A stretch of DNA of 64,000 bases from an uncultured delta proteobacterium (GTDB lineage Bacteria; Desulfobacterota; Desulfuromonadia; Geobacterales; DSM-12255), in NCBI GenBank assembly GCA_963787125.1, contig CAWBBV010000001.1:256001-320000 (forward strand), in the 5' to 3' direction. Made by a program: the position numbers and the translations under genes. Shown piece by piece: positions 37,148 to 47,606 of the stretch. The notes below the pieces were generated by a model, which did no database searches, was not told where the DNA came from, and saw only the letters and a program-made list of their open reading frames with translations. Each line of letters begins with the position of its first letter. Position 1 is the first letter of the stretch.

Positions 37148-38824
37148 ATGACAACCCCTGCTACTGACAACACCGGCCTCAAAATCATCCCTCTCGGCGG
37201 ACTGGGAGAGATTGGCCTGAATATGATGCTCTTCGAGTACGGCAACGATATCATCATTGTCGACTGTGGACTCATGTTCCCTGAACCGTATATGCTCGGC
37301 ATAGATATCGTTATTCCCGATATCACCTACCTTTTGGAGCGCAAAGAGTCGATCCGCGGCATTTTCCTGACCCATGGCCATGAAGATCATATCGGCGCCC
37401 TCCCCTACATCCTGCGTGACATCAAGCCCCCTCTTTACGGAACGGCACTGACCCTCGGCTTTGTCAGTGAGAAACTCAAGGAGTTCGAGCTTGATCACAG
37501 TGTCGAAATGATCCGGGTCAAGCCGAGAGAAAGCGTTGTGGCAGGTTGCTTTTCGGTTGAGTTCATCCGGGTCGCCCATTCGATCGTCGACGGCTGCGCT
37601 TTTGCCATCACCACACCCGAAGGGGTGGTCATTCATACCGGCGACTTCAAGATTGATCAGACGCCGGTCGATGGCGAGCTGACCGATCTGGCAACCTTCT
37701 CCAGATACGGTGAAGAGGGGGTACTGGCCCTTCTTGCCGACTCGACCAATGTGGAACGAGAAGGATACACTCTCTCTGAACGCCTGGTCGGCGAAGCGTT
37801 TGACGACATTTTCCCTAAATGCAGCGGCAGAATCATCGTTGCCGCCTTTTCCAGCAACATCCACAGAGTCCAGCAGGTCATGGTCTCGGCAGCCAAATGC
37901 GGACGTAAAGTGTTGTTAAACGGTCGCTCAATGATTGCCAACGTGCAGATTGCCCGTGACCTTGGCTATCTGAGCGTCCCCGACGGACTCCTGATCGATC
38001 TGAAAGAGTTGCCGCGCACCCCTAAAGAGCAGATCTGCATGATAACCACCGGCTCTCAAGGCGAGCCGATGAGCGCCCTCACCCGCATTGCCATGGATGA
38101 CCACAAGCAGATCAAGCTGGAAGTTGGCGACACGGTTATCCTCTCCTCCAGGTTTATTCCGGGTAACGAAAAGACCATATCAGACCTGATAAACCACCTG
38201 TACCGCCGCGGCGCAGAGGTGTTTCACGAAAATGTCTCCGAGGTTCATGTTTCCGGTCACGCCAGCCAGGAAGAGCTGAAACTTATTATGAATCTGGTTA
38301 AACCAAAATGGTTTCTCCCGGTTCATGGCGAATACCGCCATCTTGTCAAACACGCCAAACTTGCCCAGCGCGTCGGTATCCCGAAAGAGCGCTGTATCAT
38401 CATGACCAACGGCGACGTGACAGCCTTTTCCGACGGCGAAGCCTGCATTATCGACAAGGTCGAACATGGCCGGGTCTTTGTCGACGGCAAAGGGGTGGGC
38501 GATGTGGGCGCAATTGTCCTCAAGGACCGTAAGCATCTTTCTGAGGACGGTATGGTGGTGGTAATTATCGGCATCGACCAGTCATCCGGACGGATAATCT
38601 ACGGCCCTGACATTGTTTCCCGCGGTTTTGTCTTTGAAGACGAAAGCCGCGAGTATCTGGAGCAGGCCAAAGCTCTTGTCCTTGACTGCCTTGCCGTGCT
38701 GAACATTGAAGTGCTCGGCGACTGGGCCGAGGTAAAGCAGGAAGTCAGAGCGGTCATGAAACGCTTTTTCAAGAAGAGTATCGCCAGAAGGCCGGTAATC
38801 CTCCCTGTAATCCTGGAAATGTAG
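37148..38824 (+). CDS. rnj: Ribonuclease J
   Basis: PLGGLGEIG.N, THGHEDHIG and HVSGHA. Confidence 0.96.
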   Translation: MTTPATDNTGLKIIPLGGLGEIGLNMMLFEYGNDIIIVDCGLMFPEPYMLGIDIVIPDITYLLERKESIRGIFLTHGHEDHIGALPYILRDIKPPLYGTALTLGFVSEKLKEFELDHSVEMIRVKPRESVVAGCFSVEFIRVAHSIVDGCAFAITTPEGVVIHTGDFKIDQTPVDGELTDLATFSRYGEEGVLALLADSTNVEREGYTLSERLVGEAFDDIFPKCSGRIIVAAFSSNIHRVQQVMVSAAKCGRKVLLNGRSMIANVQIARDLGYLSVPDGLLIDLKELPRTPKEQICMITTGSQGEPMSALTRIAMDDHKQIKLEVGDTVILSSRFIPGNEKTISDLINHLYRRGAEVFHENVSEVHVSGHASQEELKLIMNLVKPKWFLPVHGEYRHLVKHAKLAQRVGIPKERCIIMTNGDVTAFSDGEACIIDKVEHGRVFVDGKGVGDVGAIVLKDRKHLSEDGMVVVIIGIDQSSGRIIYGPDIVSRGFVFEDESREYLEQAKALVLDCLAVLNIEVLGDWAEVKQEVRAVMKRFFKKSIARRPVILPVILEM

Positions 38825-38872
38825 CCTTCTTTAATTTCCAATCAACAAAAAATGATGCTATTCTTACTGCCT

Positions 38873-41155
38873 ATGGACGATCAAACAGTTAAAAAAGAAA
38901 AGCTGACAGTCGAGATAAAGGGGATGCTCCTGGCAGCAGCCGGGCTTTTCCTCCTGATTTCCATTTTATCATTCAAAACTGATGACTTTTCCTTCAACAC
39001 TTTCTCTTCCGATCACCTGGTCAGGAACTTTGGCGGCAGGTTCGGCGCCCAAATCTCCGACCTTCTTTTGCAGCTCTTTGGTATGGCCGCTTACAGCATC
39101 CCGATTTTTCTCCTCTATCTCTCCTACCGCTCACTCCGCTTTAAGGAGTTTCGCTGGCGCGCTTACAAGATAGCCGCCTTTACCGGGTTTCTGGTAACCC
39201 TCTCTGCAATTTTTGCTTTTAATCTGGAGTTCACCCAGATATTCGGCCAGCGCGTTCCCACTGGTGGCGGCATCGGCTTCAAAACCGCCGAAATTCTGAA
39301 GCGCTATCTCGGCGTACCCGGAGCACTGCTGCTGCTCCTGCCGATGCTGGCGACTTCAGTCATGGTGCTCTCCAGATTCTCATTCATCCTTTATGCCGAT
39401 TGGTGGATCAATGCCCTGGGTGACCGTTGGAACAGACGCCAGGAGAAGAAAACCTTCAACAGAGCCCTGGAGGGTAAGAGCAGCAAGAACAGCGAGCCAG
39501 GAACTCCAGTTATCAAGCCCCTGCAGGTGAGTTTACCGACTTTGCCCCCCCTGCCGACGAAAAAGGAAAAAAAGAAGGACGGCGATAAGCTTAAACCGGT
39601 GCAAGAAACGTTTGATTTCATCAGGAGCGATGGGGGATTTATGACCCCGCCCCAGTCATTGCTGGAAAATCCTCCAACCACTGAACGCCGCATCGACAAG
39701 GAAGCTCTCGCCATGAACGCCAAACTCCTTGAGAAGAAACTCAAGGACTTCGGTATCGACGGCGAAGTTAGCGAAATCTGTCCTGGTCCTGTTGTTACCA
39801 TGTACGAGTTCTCTCCCGGTCCAGGAATCAAGGTGAGCCGGATCGCCGGGCTGTCAGATGATCTTTCCATGGCTCTCCAGGCGCTGGCAATCAGGATTGT
39901 TGCGCCGATCCCCGGTAAAGGGGTAGTGGGGATAGAACTGCCGAACCGTGATCGGGAAATGGTTTTTTTGAAAGAGATCTTCGCCAGCGACTCTTTCCAC
40001 AAAGGAAAGATGAAGCTGCCGCTGGCGCTCGGCAAAGATGTCAGCGGTCAACCGCTGGTAACTGATCTGGCACGGGCTCCCCATCTTCTGGTCGCCGGCG
40101 CTACCGGCTCAGGTAAATCCGTGGCGATCAACACCATGATCCTCTCCCTCCTGTATACATCCACACCCAAGGATGTCCGCCTCATCATGGTAGATCCAAA
40201 AATGTTGGAACTCTCAATTTATGAAGGGATTCCTCATCTCCTTCTCCCGGTTGTTACAAATCCCAAAAAGGCGTCGTTGGCGCTCAAGTGGGCGGTCGAG
40301 GAGATGGTGCGGCGCTACAAGCTGATGGCAGATAAAGGCGTGCGTAATATAGACTCTTACAATCGGGAACTGCTCCGCGAAGAAAAAGAGGTTGCAGATC
40401 TGCAGGCACACGCGACTGTCACTGTCGAAGAGGTCGAAGATCTTATCGATTCTGAAGATGCGGCGATTCAGGAGTATCTTGCCAAAGATGAGCAACTCGA
40501 ACATGGCCACCTCCCCTACATCGTCGTTATCGTCGATGAGCTTGCCGACCTGATGATGGTGGCCGGCAAGGAGATCGAGGAGTCCATCGCCAGACTCGCC
40601 CAGATGGCGCGGGCATCGGGAATTCACCTGATTCTGGCGACCCAGCGGCCTTCGGTCGACGTCATCACCGGCCTCATTAAAGCCAACTTCCCGGCGCGCA
40701 TCTCCTTTCAGGTATCTTCCAAGATCGATTCAAGGACGATCCTCGACTGTAATGGGGCAGAGTCGCTGCTGGGAATGGGAGATATGCTCTTTCTCCCCCC
40801 GGGAACAGCCAAAATGATTCGCTCCCACGGTGCTTTTGTCTCGGACGGCGAGGTGCTGCGTGTGGTTGAATTCCTCAAAAAGCAGGGGAAACCGGTTTAC
40901 GAAAAATCGATCCTTGAAATGAAGGAGTCGGATAGTAAGAGCGGCCAGGTCGACGAGGACGATGACCCCCAGTACGATGCAGCTCTGGCTCTGGTGGCAG
41001 AAGCAAAGCAGGCATCGATCTCGATGATTCAGAGACGCCTGAGAATCGGTTACAACCGGGCTGCCCGGATAGTTGAGAGAATGGAAAGGGAAGGGGTAGT
41101 CGGCCCTTCAGACGGCACCAGTAAGCCACGGGAAGTATTCATCAACCGGCTGTAA
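38873..41155 (+). CDS. ftsK: DNA translocase FtsK
   Basis: TM N-domain, HLLVAGATGSGKS, DELADLMM and gamma domain QRRLRIGYNRAAR. Confidence 0.96.
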   Translation: MDDQTVKKEKLTVEIKGMLLAAAGLFLLISILSFKTDDFSFNTFSSDHLVRNFGGRFGAQISDLLLQLFGMAAYSIPIFLLYLSYRSLRFKEFRWRAYKIAAFTGFLVTLSAIFAFNLEFTQIFGQRVPTGGGIGFKTAEILKRYLGVPGALLLLLPMLATSVMVLSRFSFILYADWWINALGDRWNRRQEKKTFNRALEGKSSKNSEPGTPVIKPLQVSLPTLPPLPTKKEKKKDGDKLKPVQETFDFIRSDGGFMTPPQSLLENPPTTERRIDKEALAMNAKLLEKKLKDFGIDGEVSEICPGPVVTMYEFSPGPGIKVSRIAGLSDDLSMALQALAIRIVAPIPGKGVVGIELPNRDREMVFLKEIFASDSFHKGKMKLPLALGKDVSGQPLVTDLARAPHLLVAGATGSGKSVAINTMILSLLYTSTPKDVRLIMVDPKMLELSIYEGIPHLLLPVVTNPKKASLALKWAVEEMVRRYKLMADKGVRNIDSYNRELLREEKEVADLQAHATVTVEEVEDLIDSEDAAIQEYLAKDEQLEHGHLPYIVVIVDELADLMMVAGKEIEESIARLAQMARASGIHLILATQRPSVDVITGLIKANFPARISFQVSSKIDSRTILDCNGAESLLGMGDMLFLPPGTAKMIRSHGAFVSDGEVLRVVEFLKKQGKPVYEKSILEMKESDSKSGQVDEDDDPQYDAALALVAEAKQASISMIQRRLRIGYNRAARIVERMEREGVVGPSDGTSKPREVFINRL

Positions 41156-41184
41156 GCGATATAGATCCTGCTTAGGGAGAAACA

Positions 41185-41751
41185 ATGACCTACGAAAGAA
41201 CGAAGCATCTTGCTCACTTTGCTCTGACGATAATCAGCAAAGATCGACCGGGAATTGTTGCGGATACCACTGAAGTTCTTTTCCGGCTCGGCTGCAATAT
41301 CGAAGACTCAAGCTGCACCATGCTTGGTGGCGATTTCGCCATGATCCTGATCGTCACCCACGAAAAGCCTTTCTCTAAGTCCAGGCTTAGCGACGAATTC
41401 AGAATTCTGCATGAACGCACCGGTCTTGTCGTCCACCTGCGAACACTCCATGAAGATGAAATCGCTCCTGTCCCGGACGCAGGGGAGCTCTGCCTTATCT
41501 CCGTCTACGGCTCGGACCAGCCCGGCATTGTTTACAGAGTAACCAGAACTCTGGCAGAGCACAAAATCAACATCACCGACTTGAACACCCGCTTGATCGG
41601 TACCAAGGAAGAGCCGGTCTACGTACTGATGCTGGAGGCAATCCTGCCGGTCGCGCTGACTGTCGATTCTACCTCGCAGCTACTGGAATCACTCCGCAAA
41701 GAGCTGAACGTCGAAATCGGTGTGCGCGCCATCACAGCTGTATCGCTGTAA
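41185..41751 (+). CDS. Double ACT-domain protein (GcvR-like)
   Basis: KDRPGIV and GSDQPGIV ACT motifs. Confidence 0.85.
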   Translation: MTYERTKHLAHFALTIISKDRPGIVADTTEVLFRLGCNIEDSSCTMLGGDFAMILIVTHEKPFSKSRLSDEFRILHERTGLVVHLRTLHEDEIAPVPDAGELCLISVYGSDQPGIVYRVTRTLAEHKINITDLNTRLIGTKEEPVYVLMLEAILPVALTVDSTSQLLESLRKELNVEIGVRAITAVSL

Positions 41752-41775
41752 TCAAATTAATCCCCGGAAAACTCG

Positions 41776-42282
41776 ATGCCTGCGCAGAAAATACTTACAT
41801 TCCCGCACCCTCTCCTGAAAAAACGTGCTAACAGGATAGCGAGAGTCGATGTAGCAATCAATGGACTCATTGAAGATCTTATCGACACCATGAACGCCGG
41901 GCCCGGCTCCGTCGGCGTTGCAGCGCCGCAGATTGGTGTCTCGCTGTCGGCCTGTGTTATTGATGTTTCAAGCAACCGCAATGGCAAGGATAACAACCAT
42001 GGCCTCCTTATCATGCTCAATCCCGAGATAATCGCTGCCAGTGGCAGTTCAGTCATGCGGGAAGGGTGCATGAGTGTCCCTGATTACACCGGCGACGTGG
42101 AGAGAGCCACGGCTGTCACGGTGAACTACATGAACCTTGAAGGGGAAAGTCGGACTGTTGACGCAAGCGGGTTTGAAGCTGTCGCCATCCAGCACGAAAT
42201 GGACCATCTTGACGGCATTCTTTTTCTTGACCGGATCGTCTCCCTCAAAACCGGACTGTTCCGGCGAAAAAGTTTCAAGTAA
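41776..42282 (+). CDS. def: Peptide deformylase
   Basis: GVAAPQIG, EGCMS and QHEMDHL. Confidence 0.95.
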   Translation: MPAQKILTFPHPLLKKRANRIARVDVAINGLIEDLIDTMNAGPGSVGVAAPQIGVSLSACVIDVSSNRNGKDNNHGLLIMLNPEIIAASGSSVMREGCMSVPDYTGDVERATAVTVNYMNLEGESRTVDASGFEAVAIQHEMDHLDGILFLDRIVSLKTGLFRRKSFK

Positions 42283-42366
42283 TTCGGGGGCATCAGCAGT
42301 ATCCGGAAAATCGGAGCGGGGAAGGGTGCCGCCTTTAGCAGCGTTTTGCAGTGGAATCGATAAAAT

Positions 42367-42401
42367 AAAAAGACCCGCCGATACAACCGGCGGGTCTTTT
42401 T
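42367..42401. terminator. Bidirectional terminator between convergent def and slyX
   Basis: AAAAAGACCCGCCG-N7-CGGCGGGTCTTTTT. Confidence 0.88.
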
Positions 42402-42414
42402 ATTTTATGACTGG

Positions 42415-42618
42415 TTAATAGTGCGGCGGAGGGGCCTCTTCCTCTGCCGTATTATTGAGCGAAGGGAGCGCTGTCTGCAACTGTTCCTTTATCTGCCGCA
42501 GCTCAAAAGTCATTGCATCCAGCTGTTGCTGCTGACGGTAAACAAGCTCGTTAAGCTCTTCCAGCTGATACTGCTGATGAGTCAGCTGAATTTCCAGGTC
42601 TGTGATCTGAGTGCTCAT
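42415..42618 (-). CDS. slyX: SlyX family protein
   Basis: Coiled coil ending EEAPPPHY. Confidence 0.9.
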   Translation of the reverse strand: MSTQITDLEIQLTHQQYQLEELNELVYRQQQQLDAMTFELRQIKEQLQTALPSLNNTAEEEAPPPHY

Positions 42619-42621
42619 AAG

Positions 42622-43644
42622 CTATTTTTGCGAAAGTCTGTGGACACACTCCACCATATATTTTGCATTTTCCGGCGGTACTGTCGGCAGTATTCCATGG
42701 CCAAGGTTAAAGATGTGGCCAGGCCGGCCGGCATTTTCATCCAGAACCCGCTTGACCTCACGCTCAATCACCTCTTTGGGCGCATAAAGAACAGTCGGGT
42801 CGAGATTACCCTGAACAGCAAACTCTGGGCCGAGAATATCCCTTGCCTCACCTAGGTTGATATGCCAATCAAGGCCCATGACATCGCCACCGGCTTTCTT
42901 GACGATAGGGAACATGGCGTTGGCACCCTTAACAAAGTGAATAATCGGGACATTCTGCCGGTTGAGCCCGTTAATCAGTTTTGTTGTGTAGGGGAGAACA
43001 TATTTTTCATAATCGGTCGGTGAGAGGACCCCGCCCCAGGTGTCGAAGATCTGAATAGCCTGAGCACCCGCTTTAATCTGGGCATTCAGGTACTCCATAT
43101 CCATCATGGTGATCTTTTCCATCAGCGCGGCATAGATATCTGGTGCAGCGTACATCATCCGCTTGATGGTCGCCCAGTCTTTCGAGCCTTTCCCTTCGAC
43201 CATGTAACAGGCAAGAGTGAACGGAGCGCCACCGAAACCGATAACCGGGACCTTGTTTGCCAATTCGCGGCGGAGAATCTTCAAGGTTTCGAGCACATAA
43301 GGGACATCTTCTTCCGGATTCGGAATCCGCAGAGCCTCGACATCAGCCATTGTCCTTATGGGGTGCTCGAAAACAGGCCCCGGAACAAAGTCGAGCTTCA
43401 TCCCCATCGGCTCTACCGGGGTAAGAATATCAGAAAACATGATCGCAGCATCAACACCGAGAAAATCAACCGGCTGAATACTCACCTCTGCAGCAAGCTC
43501 GGGAGTTTTGCAGAGCTCCAGAAAAGTACATTTCGAGCGGACACGCATGTATTCGGGTAGATAACGGCCTGCCTGCCGCATAAGCCATACGGGTGTACGA
43601 TCAACCGGCTTGCCCCAACAGGCATCAAGAAAACGTGTATTCAT
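42622..43644 (-). CDS. hemE: Uroporphyrinogen decarboxylase
   Basis: PVWLMRQAGRYLPEY and HIFNLGHG. Confidence 0.97.
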   Translation of the reverse strand: MNTRFLDACWGKPVDRTPVWLMRQAGRYLPEYMRVRSKCTFLELCKTPELAAEVSIQPVDFLGVDAAIMFSDILTPVEPMGMKLDFVPGPVFEHPIRTMADVEALRIPNPEEDVPYVLETLKILRRELANKVPVIGFGGAPFTLACYMVEGKGSKDWATIKRMMYAAPDIYAALMEKITMMDMEYLNAQIKAGAQAIQIFDTWGGVLSPTDYEKYVLPYTTKLINGLNRQNVPIIHFVKGANAMFPIVKKAGGDVMGLDWHINLGEARDILGPEFAVQGNLDPTVLYAPKEVIEREVKRVLDENAGRPGHIFNLGHGILPTVPPENAKYMVECVHRLSQK

Positions 43645-43664
43645 TTAAAGCTCCTCCTCGAAGT

Positions 43665-44735
43665 TTATGATTTTTTTTGAGTTCTTATGGGAACATAGTT
43701 ACAGAAAGGCTCTTCCGCCATATAGTCACCATAAATCGCATCAGCTCTGGCACGGCAGCCGCCGCAGACGTTAATGTATTCACATTCGCCGCACTTGCCC
43801 TTGTACGCCTTGAAATTCCGCAGGTCCTTGAATATCTCCGAATTTTCCCATATTTCCTTGAACGGGGTCGTCTTCACATTACCAGCAGTCCGGTGGAAAT
43901 AGGAACAAGGCTTGACATTACCAAAGCAGTCAATGAGACAAATGGTCTGTGCTGCGATGCACCCTTTGCCGCCACCGGTAGAGAAGGTCAGTGAACGGCG
44001 CTCGAACTTGACACCTTCAGCCTTGGCCTTCTGGGGAACTATCCGGTAATAGTGCGGAGCACAGGTCGGCCGCATCAGGATATCCTCTTCAAGCTTCTCC
44101 TGCTGGTAGTGCCAGTCAAGAATCTCTTCGTAATCCTCTTTGGTGATCAACTCTTTCATGATCTCCTCACCGCGACCGGTCGGAACAATCATGAACATGT
44201 ACCAGGCAGTCGCGCCGAGAGATTTGGCCACCTTGAAAGTATTGGCAATGTCAGACTGATTTCTCTTGGTAAAGGAGGAGTTGATCAGGAATTTCAGACC
44301 ATGCTTGCGAAAATATGCTGCTGCATTCACAACCCCCTGAAATGCGCCCGGAGATTGCCTGAAGTCATCATGAATCTCAGCGGTAGAGCCGTCAAGGGAG
44401 AGCGAGACCATCTTTATGTCCGCTTTTTTCATCTTCTCGCAGACTTCGTCATTCACCAGGGCACCGTTAGTGGCCATGCAGATCCGCAGACCGAGCGACG
44501 TACCGTACTCGGCAAGTTCAAAAATGTCAGGGCGCAGGAGCGGCTCGCCACCGGAAAGCACAACAACCGGCTTGGAGAACTCGGAAATTTCCCGCAGAAG
44601 CTTTTTCCCCTCTGCAGTGGTGAAATCCCCCTCTGATGAGGTCATATCTGATGAACAGCGGCAGTGAACACACTTGAGATTGCACTTCTGGGTAGTTTCC
44701 CAGGCAATCCATTTGGGGATGAACTCTTCGCTCAT
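43665..44735 (-). CDS. Radical SAM/SPASM protein, AhbD/NirJ-like heme biosynthesis enzyme
   Basis: [21 protein letters not shown] and [21 protein letters not shown]. Adjacent to hemE. Confidence 0.8.
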   Translation of the reverse strand: MSEEFIPKWIAWETTQKCNLKCVHCRCSSDMTSSEGDFTTAEGKKLLREISEFSKPVVVLSGGEPLLRPDIFELAEYGTSLGLRICMATNGALVNDEVCEKMKKADIKMVSLSLDGSTAEIHDDFRQSPGAFQGVVNAAAYFRKHGLKFLINSSFTKRNQSDIANTFKVAKSLGATAWYMFMIVPTGRGEEIMKELITKEDYEEILDWHYQQEKLEEDILMRPTCAPHYYRIVPQKAKAEGVKFERRSLTFSTGGGKGCIAAQTICLIDCFGNVKPCSYFHRTAGNVKTTPFKEIWENSEIFKDLRNFKAYKGKCGECEYINVCGGCRARADAIYGDYMAEEPFCNYVPIRTQKKS

Positions 44736-44832
44736 ACACTCTCCGTAAAATTTACGTTTAATCTTTTGATAATAGTATGAAGTTGACTTTCAACTCAAGC
44801 AGAATCGGGCTGAGAGGGGTTGAGGCCTGGAT

Positions 44833-46068
44833 TCAATCAGGATAAAGTGTTGAAATATGATATATCGTATCGATATTTTCCAGAAAAATCTCCACCAGTT
44901 CAGGATCGAACATCTTTCCGGATTCGTTGCGCAGCTCTTCAACCACAGCTGAGGCGTCCCACGCATCCTTGTAACATCTTTTATTGGAGAGTGCGTCATA
45001 GACATCTGCTATCGCGACGATGCGGCCAAAAAGGGGGATCTCTTCCCCTTTTTTACCTCTGACTTTACCGTTTGCATCAGTATACCCTGCTAAAGGCTCG
45101 CCGCTTTGCAGGTCAATATAGCCAGGATAACCGTTGCCGTCCCACCTTTCATGATGGTTAAGAGTCACCGCCATTGCCGCATCATCGATGTCGGAATAAA
45201 GCTCCCCGAACAGCCGTGCACCGAAAACCGTGTGCTGCTTCATAATCTCATACTCTTCCGGCGTGAACCTGCCCGGCTTTTTGAGAATCAGATCAGAAAT
45301 AGCAACTTTGCCGACGTCATGCAGCATGGCAGCAAGACGAAGGGTATCGCGATTTCGCTCCATCTCTACCTGCGACAGACCTCTGGAATTCGCCCAGGCT
45401 TCATAGAGTGCAACAGAGCATGAGGCAACTCTGTTAACATGGGCTCCGGTCTCTTTAGGGTCACGTAGTTCTGCCATTTTGTTCATTCTGAGAATAATGC
45501 CCCTGGTGAGTTTTGCCCGCTCAACTGCGTTTGCGGCCACGTTCGCCAAGTGGGCAAGCACCGGCATCCCTGCTTCAGGGAAAGAAATGACCTCTCCCTT
45601 TCCATTCTTTGCGTTGATAAGCTGCAAAACCCCGGCAATATCGCCGCGCTGTGCAATCAGCGGCAAGGTCAGCATTGAACGGGTTCGATAACCGGAAATC
45701 TGATCATAACTTCTATTGAAAGCGTAAGGGGTTCCATCCGGTATATTCCAGGCGTCGGCAATATTGAGAGGTGCGCCTGTTACCGCCACATGACCGGAGA
45801 TTGAATTGCTGTTTATCGGCGTTCTGAAGGTCGAATAAATAAGTTTTTTACCTTGGGGGAGCTGCGCCTGAAGGGTATCGTTCTGGGTATATCTGAAGAT
45901 TAAGAAGTCACCCTCACGGATGTAGATCGATCCTGCATCAGAGCCGGTAAAAGAGCGAGCTTCAGCCAATATCTTTTCGAGAAGCAGATCTATATCCCTG
46001 ATTTTAGAGATCTCACTCTCGAAGTCCAAAACTCTCTTGAAGTTTATTTCCTCAGTCATGACAGTCAT
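44833..46068 (-). CDS. GAF + HD-GYP cyclic-dinucleotide phosphodiesterase
   Basis: GAF (SGYRTRSML), LHDVGK, HHERWDGNGYP and ADVYDAL. Confidence 0.92.
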   Translation of the reverse strand: MTVMTEEINFKRVLDFESEISKIRDIDLLLEKILAEARSFTGSDAGSIYIREGDFLIFRYTQNDTLQAQLPQGKKLIYSTFRTPINSNSISGHVAVTGAPLNIADAWNIPDGTPYAFNRSYDQISGYRTRSMLTLPLIAQRGDIAGVLQLINAKNGKGEVISFPEAGMPVLAHLANVAANAVERAKLTRGIILRMNKMAELRDPKETGAHVNRVASCSVALYEAWANSRGLSQVEMERNRDTLRLAAMLHDVGKVAISDLILKKPGRFTPEEYEIMKQHTVFGARLFGELYSDIDDAAMAVTLNHHERWDGNGYPGYIDLQSGEPLAGYTDANGKVRGKKGEEIPLFGRIVAIADVYDALSNKRCYKDAWDASAVVEELRNESGKMFDPELVEIFLENIDTIYHISTLYPD

Positions 46069-46082
46069 TCCTTAAAACTTCA

Positions 46083-47606
46083 TTAAAGCGGAAAAATTAT
46101 TGTAAAAGTGCTCCCTCTCCCCTCTTCACTCTCGACCCAGATCAATCCTTTATGGGCGTCCATAACCTTTCGGCAGAAAGCAAGACCAAGTCCGGTTCCC
46201 CTTGTTTTACCTTCCCGGCGATTTTGTGCCTGCACAAAGCGATCAAAGATCGATCCCAGAGACTCGGCAGGGATGCCGACACCGCTGTCCTTGACGGCAA
46301 TGCGCAGATAATGCCCAGCAGAAGGAATCATGGTTGCCGGATAAAGCCCCTTGGGGATGACATCCGCTAGGGCTGAAAACTCTTCCAGCAGATCCGTGGA
46401 AACTGTAATCGACCCTTTCTCCGGGGTAAATTTCAGGGCATTCGTCAAAAGATTGCCAATCAAACGGGTAAAGGTCACTCTATCCAGATTACATTCGGGC
46501 AGATCAGGGTTTGTTTTGAACAGGAGCATTATCCCGGCTCTTTCAGCGGCAGTATAATACTGATTCACCAGCTTCTCCAAAAGATGTTGCGCCTTTTCAG
46601 GCGTGAACTTCATCACCATCCTGCCGGCCTCAAACTTATGAATATCGAGCAACGAGTTGATCATCTCGACCATCTCGGAACAGCTCTCTTCAGCTGCCTC
46701 GATGAATTCGCGCTGATCCTTGTTGATCGGGCCAAGACGGCCTTCACGGACCAGATCCAGTGAGCCTACTATAGAGGTGATTGGATTTTTAAGATCGTGA
46801 GAAAGCATGCTGACAAAATCCTCTCGCTCTCTCTCCAGCGCTTTCAGGCTGGAAATATCCCTGATAATCTCAACTGCTCCGATAAGATGACCGGAGTTAT
46901 CATAGAGCGGTGCAGCGCTTGACAGCACCGGGATATTCCCGGTCGGTCCGACAATGGAGTAACTTACATCGATCTCAGGCGATCCAGTTGCCAGAACTTT
47001 TCTCAGGGGCAACTCCACGTCTTCCGGAAGATCCGTTTCCAGGAGCTCATCAAGACTCTTGCCGATTAATGTTTCACGATCCTTACCAAGAATATATTCC
47101 GCCATTCTGTTGACAGAAATGATAACTCCCCTGGTATCAACAGCTATAAGCAGCTCAGCCATTCCTTGCAGTATCGCCTCTGTTTTTATCTGTTCTGCGG
47201 CAAGCTCTTGCTGCAAGCGTTCATTTTCCTGGAGCGTCCGGTTGTAGGCTATGGCTCTTTCGACCCGCTTAAGCATGTCATCATTGGAAAACGGTTTGGC
47301 AATATAATCAAGCGCCCCGTCTTTCATAGCCGCGACTGCAATCCCTTCGTTTCCATGAGCCGTCATCATCACAACGACCATGGCCGGATAGGCTTCTCTT
47401 GCCCGCTTCAACACTTGCAGACCGTCCATTTTCGGCATTTTTATATCTAGGAGCAGCAGCTCAAACTCTTCTTTTGCCAACATTTCCAGAGCTTCGACGC
47501 CATCTTTTACCCGAACGGTCTTGTAGCCTGCATCCTCAAGCTGCAGTTTGAGAATCAGCGCAATATCCATTTCATCATCCGCAATCAGTATCCTATCCCT
47601 TACCAT
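46083..47606 (-). CDS. Hybrid REC-PAS-histidine kinase
   Basis: LIADDE...LLDIKMP receiver, PAS, SHDLKNP, NALKF and GTGLGL. Confidence 0.92.
   Translation of the reverse strand: MVRDRILIADDEMDIALILKLQLEDAGYKTVRVKDGVEALEMLAKEEFELLLLDIKMPKMDGLQVLKRAREAYPAMVVVMMTAHGNEGIAVAAMKDGALDYIAKPFSNDDMLKRVERAIAYNRTLQENERLQQELAAEQIKTEAILQGMAELLIAVDTRGVIISVNRMAEYILGKDRETLIGKSLDELLETDLPEDVELPLRKVLATGSPEIDVSYSIVGPTGNIPVLSSAAPLYDNSGHLIGAVEIIRDISSLKALEREREDFVSMLSHDLKNPITSIVGSLDLVREGRLGPINKDQREFIEAAEESCSEMVEMINSLLDIHKFEAGRMVMKFTPEKAQHLLEKLVNQYYTAAERAGIMLLFKTNPDLPECNLDRVTFTRLIGNLLTNALKFTPEKGSITVSTDLLEEFSALADVIPKGLYPATMIPSAGHYLRIAVKDSGVGIPAESLGSIFDRFVQAQNRREGKTRGTGLGLAFCRKVMDAHKGLIWVESEEGRGSTFTIIFPL

Noticed and set aside
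38219..47085. parS-like GTTTCACG half-sites (about 38221 and 47071)
   Set aside because: The second half of the palindrome (TGAAAC) is missing.
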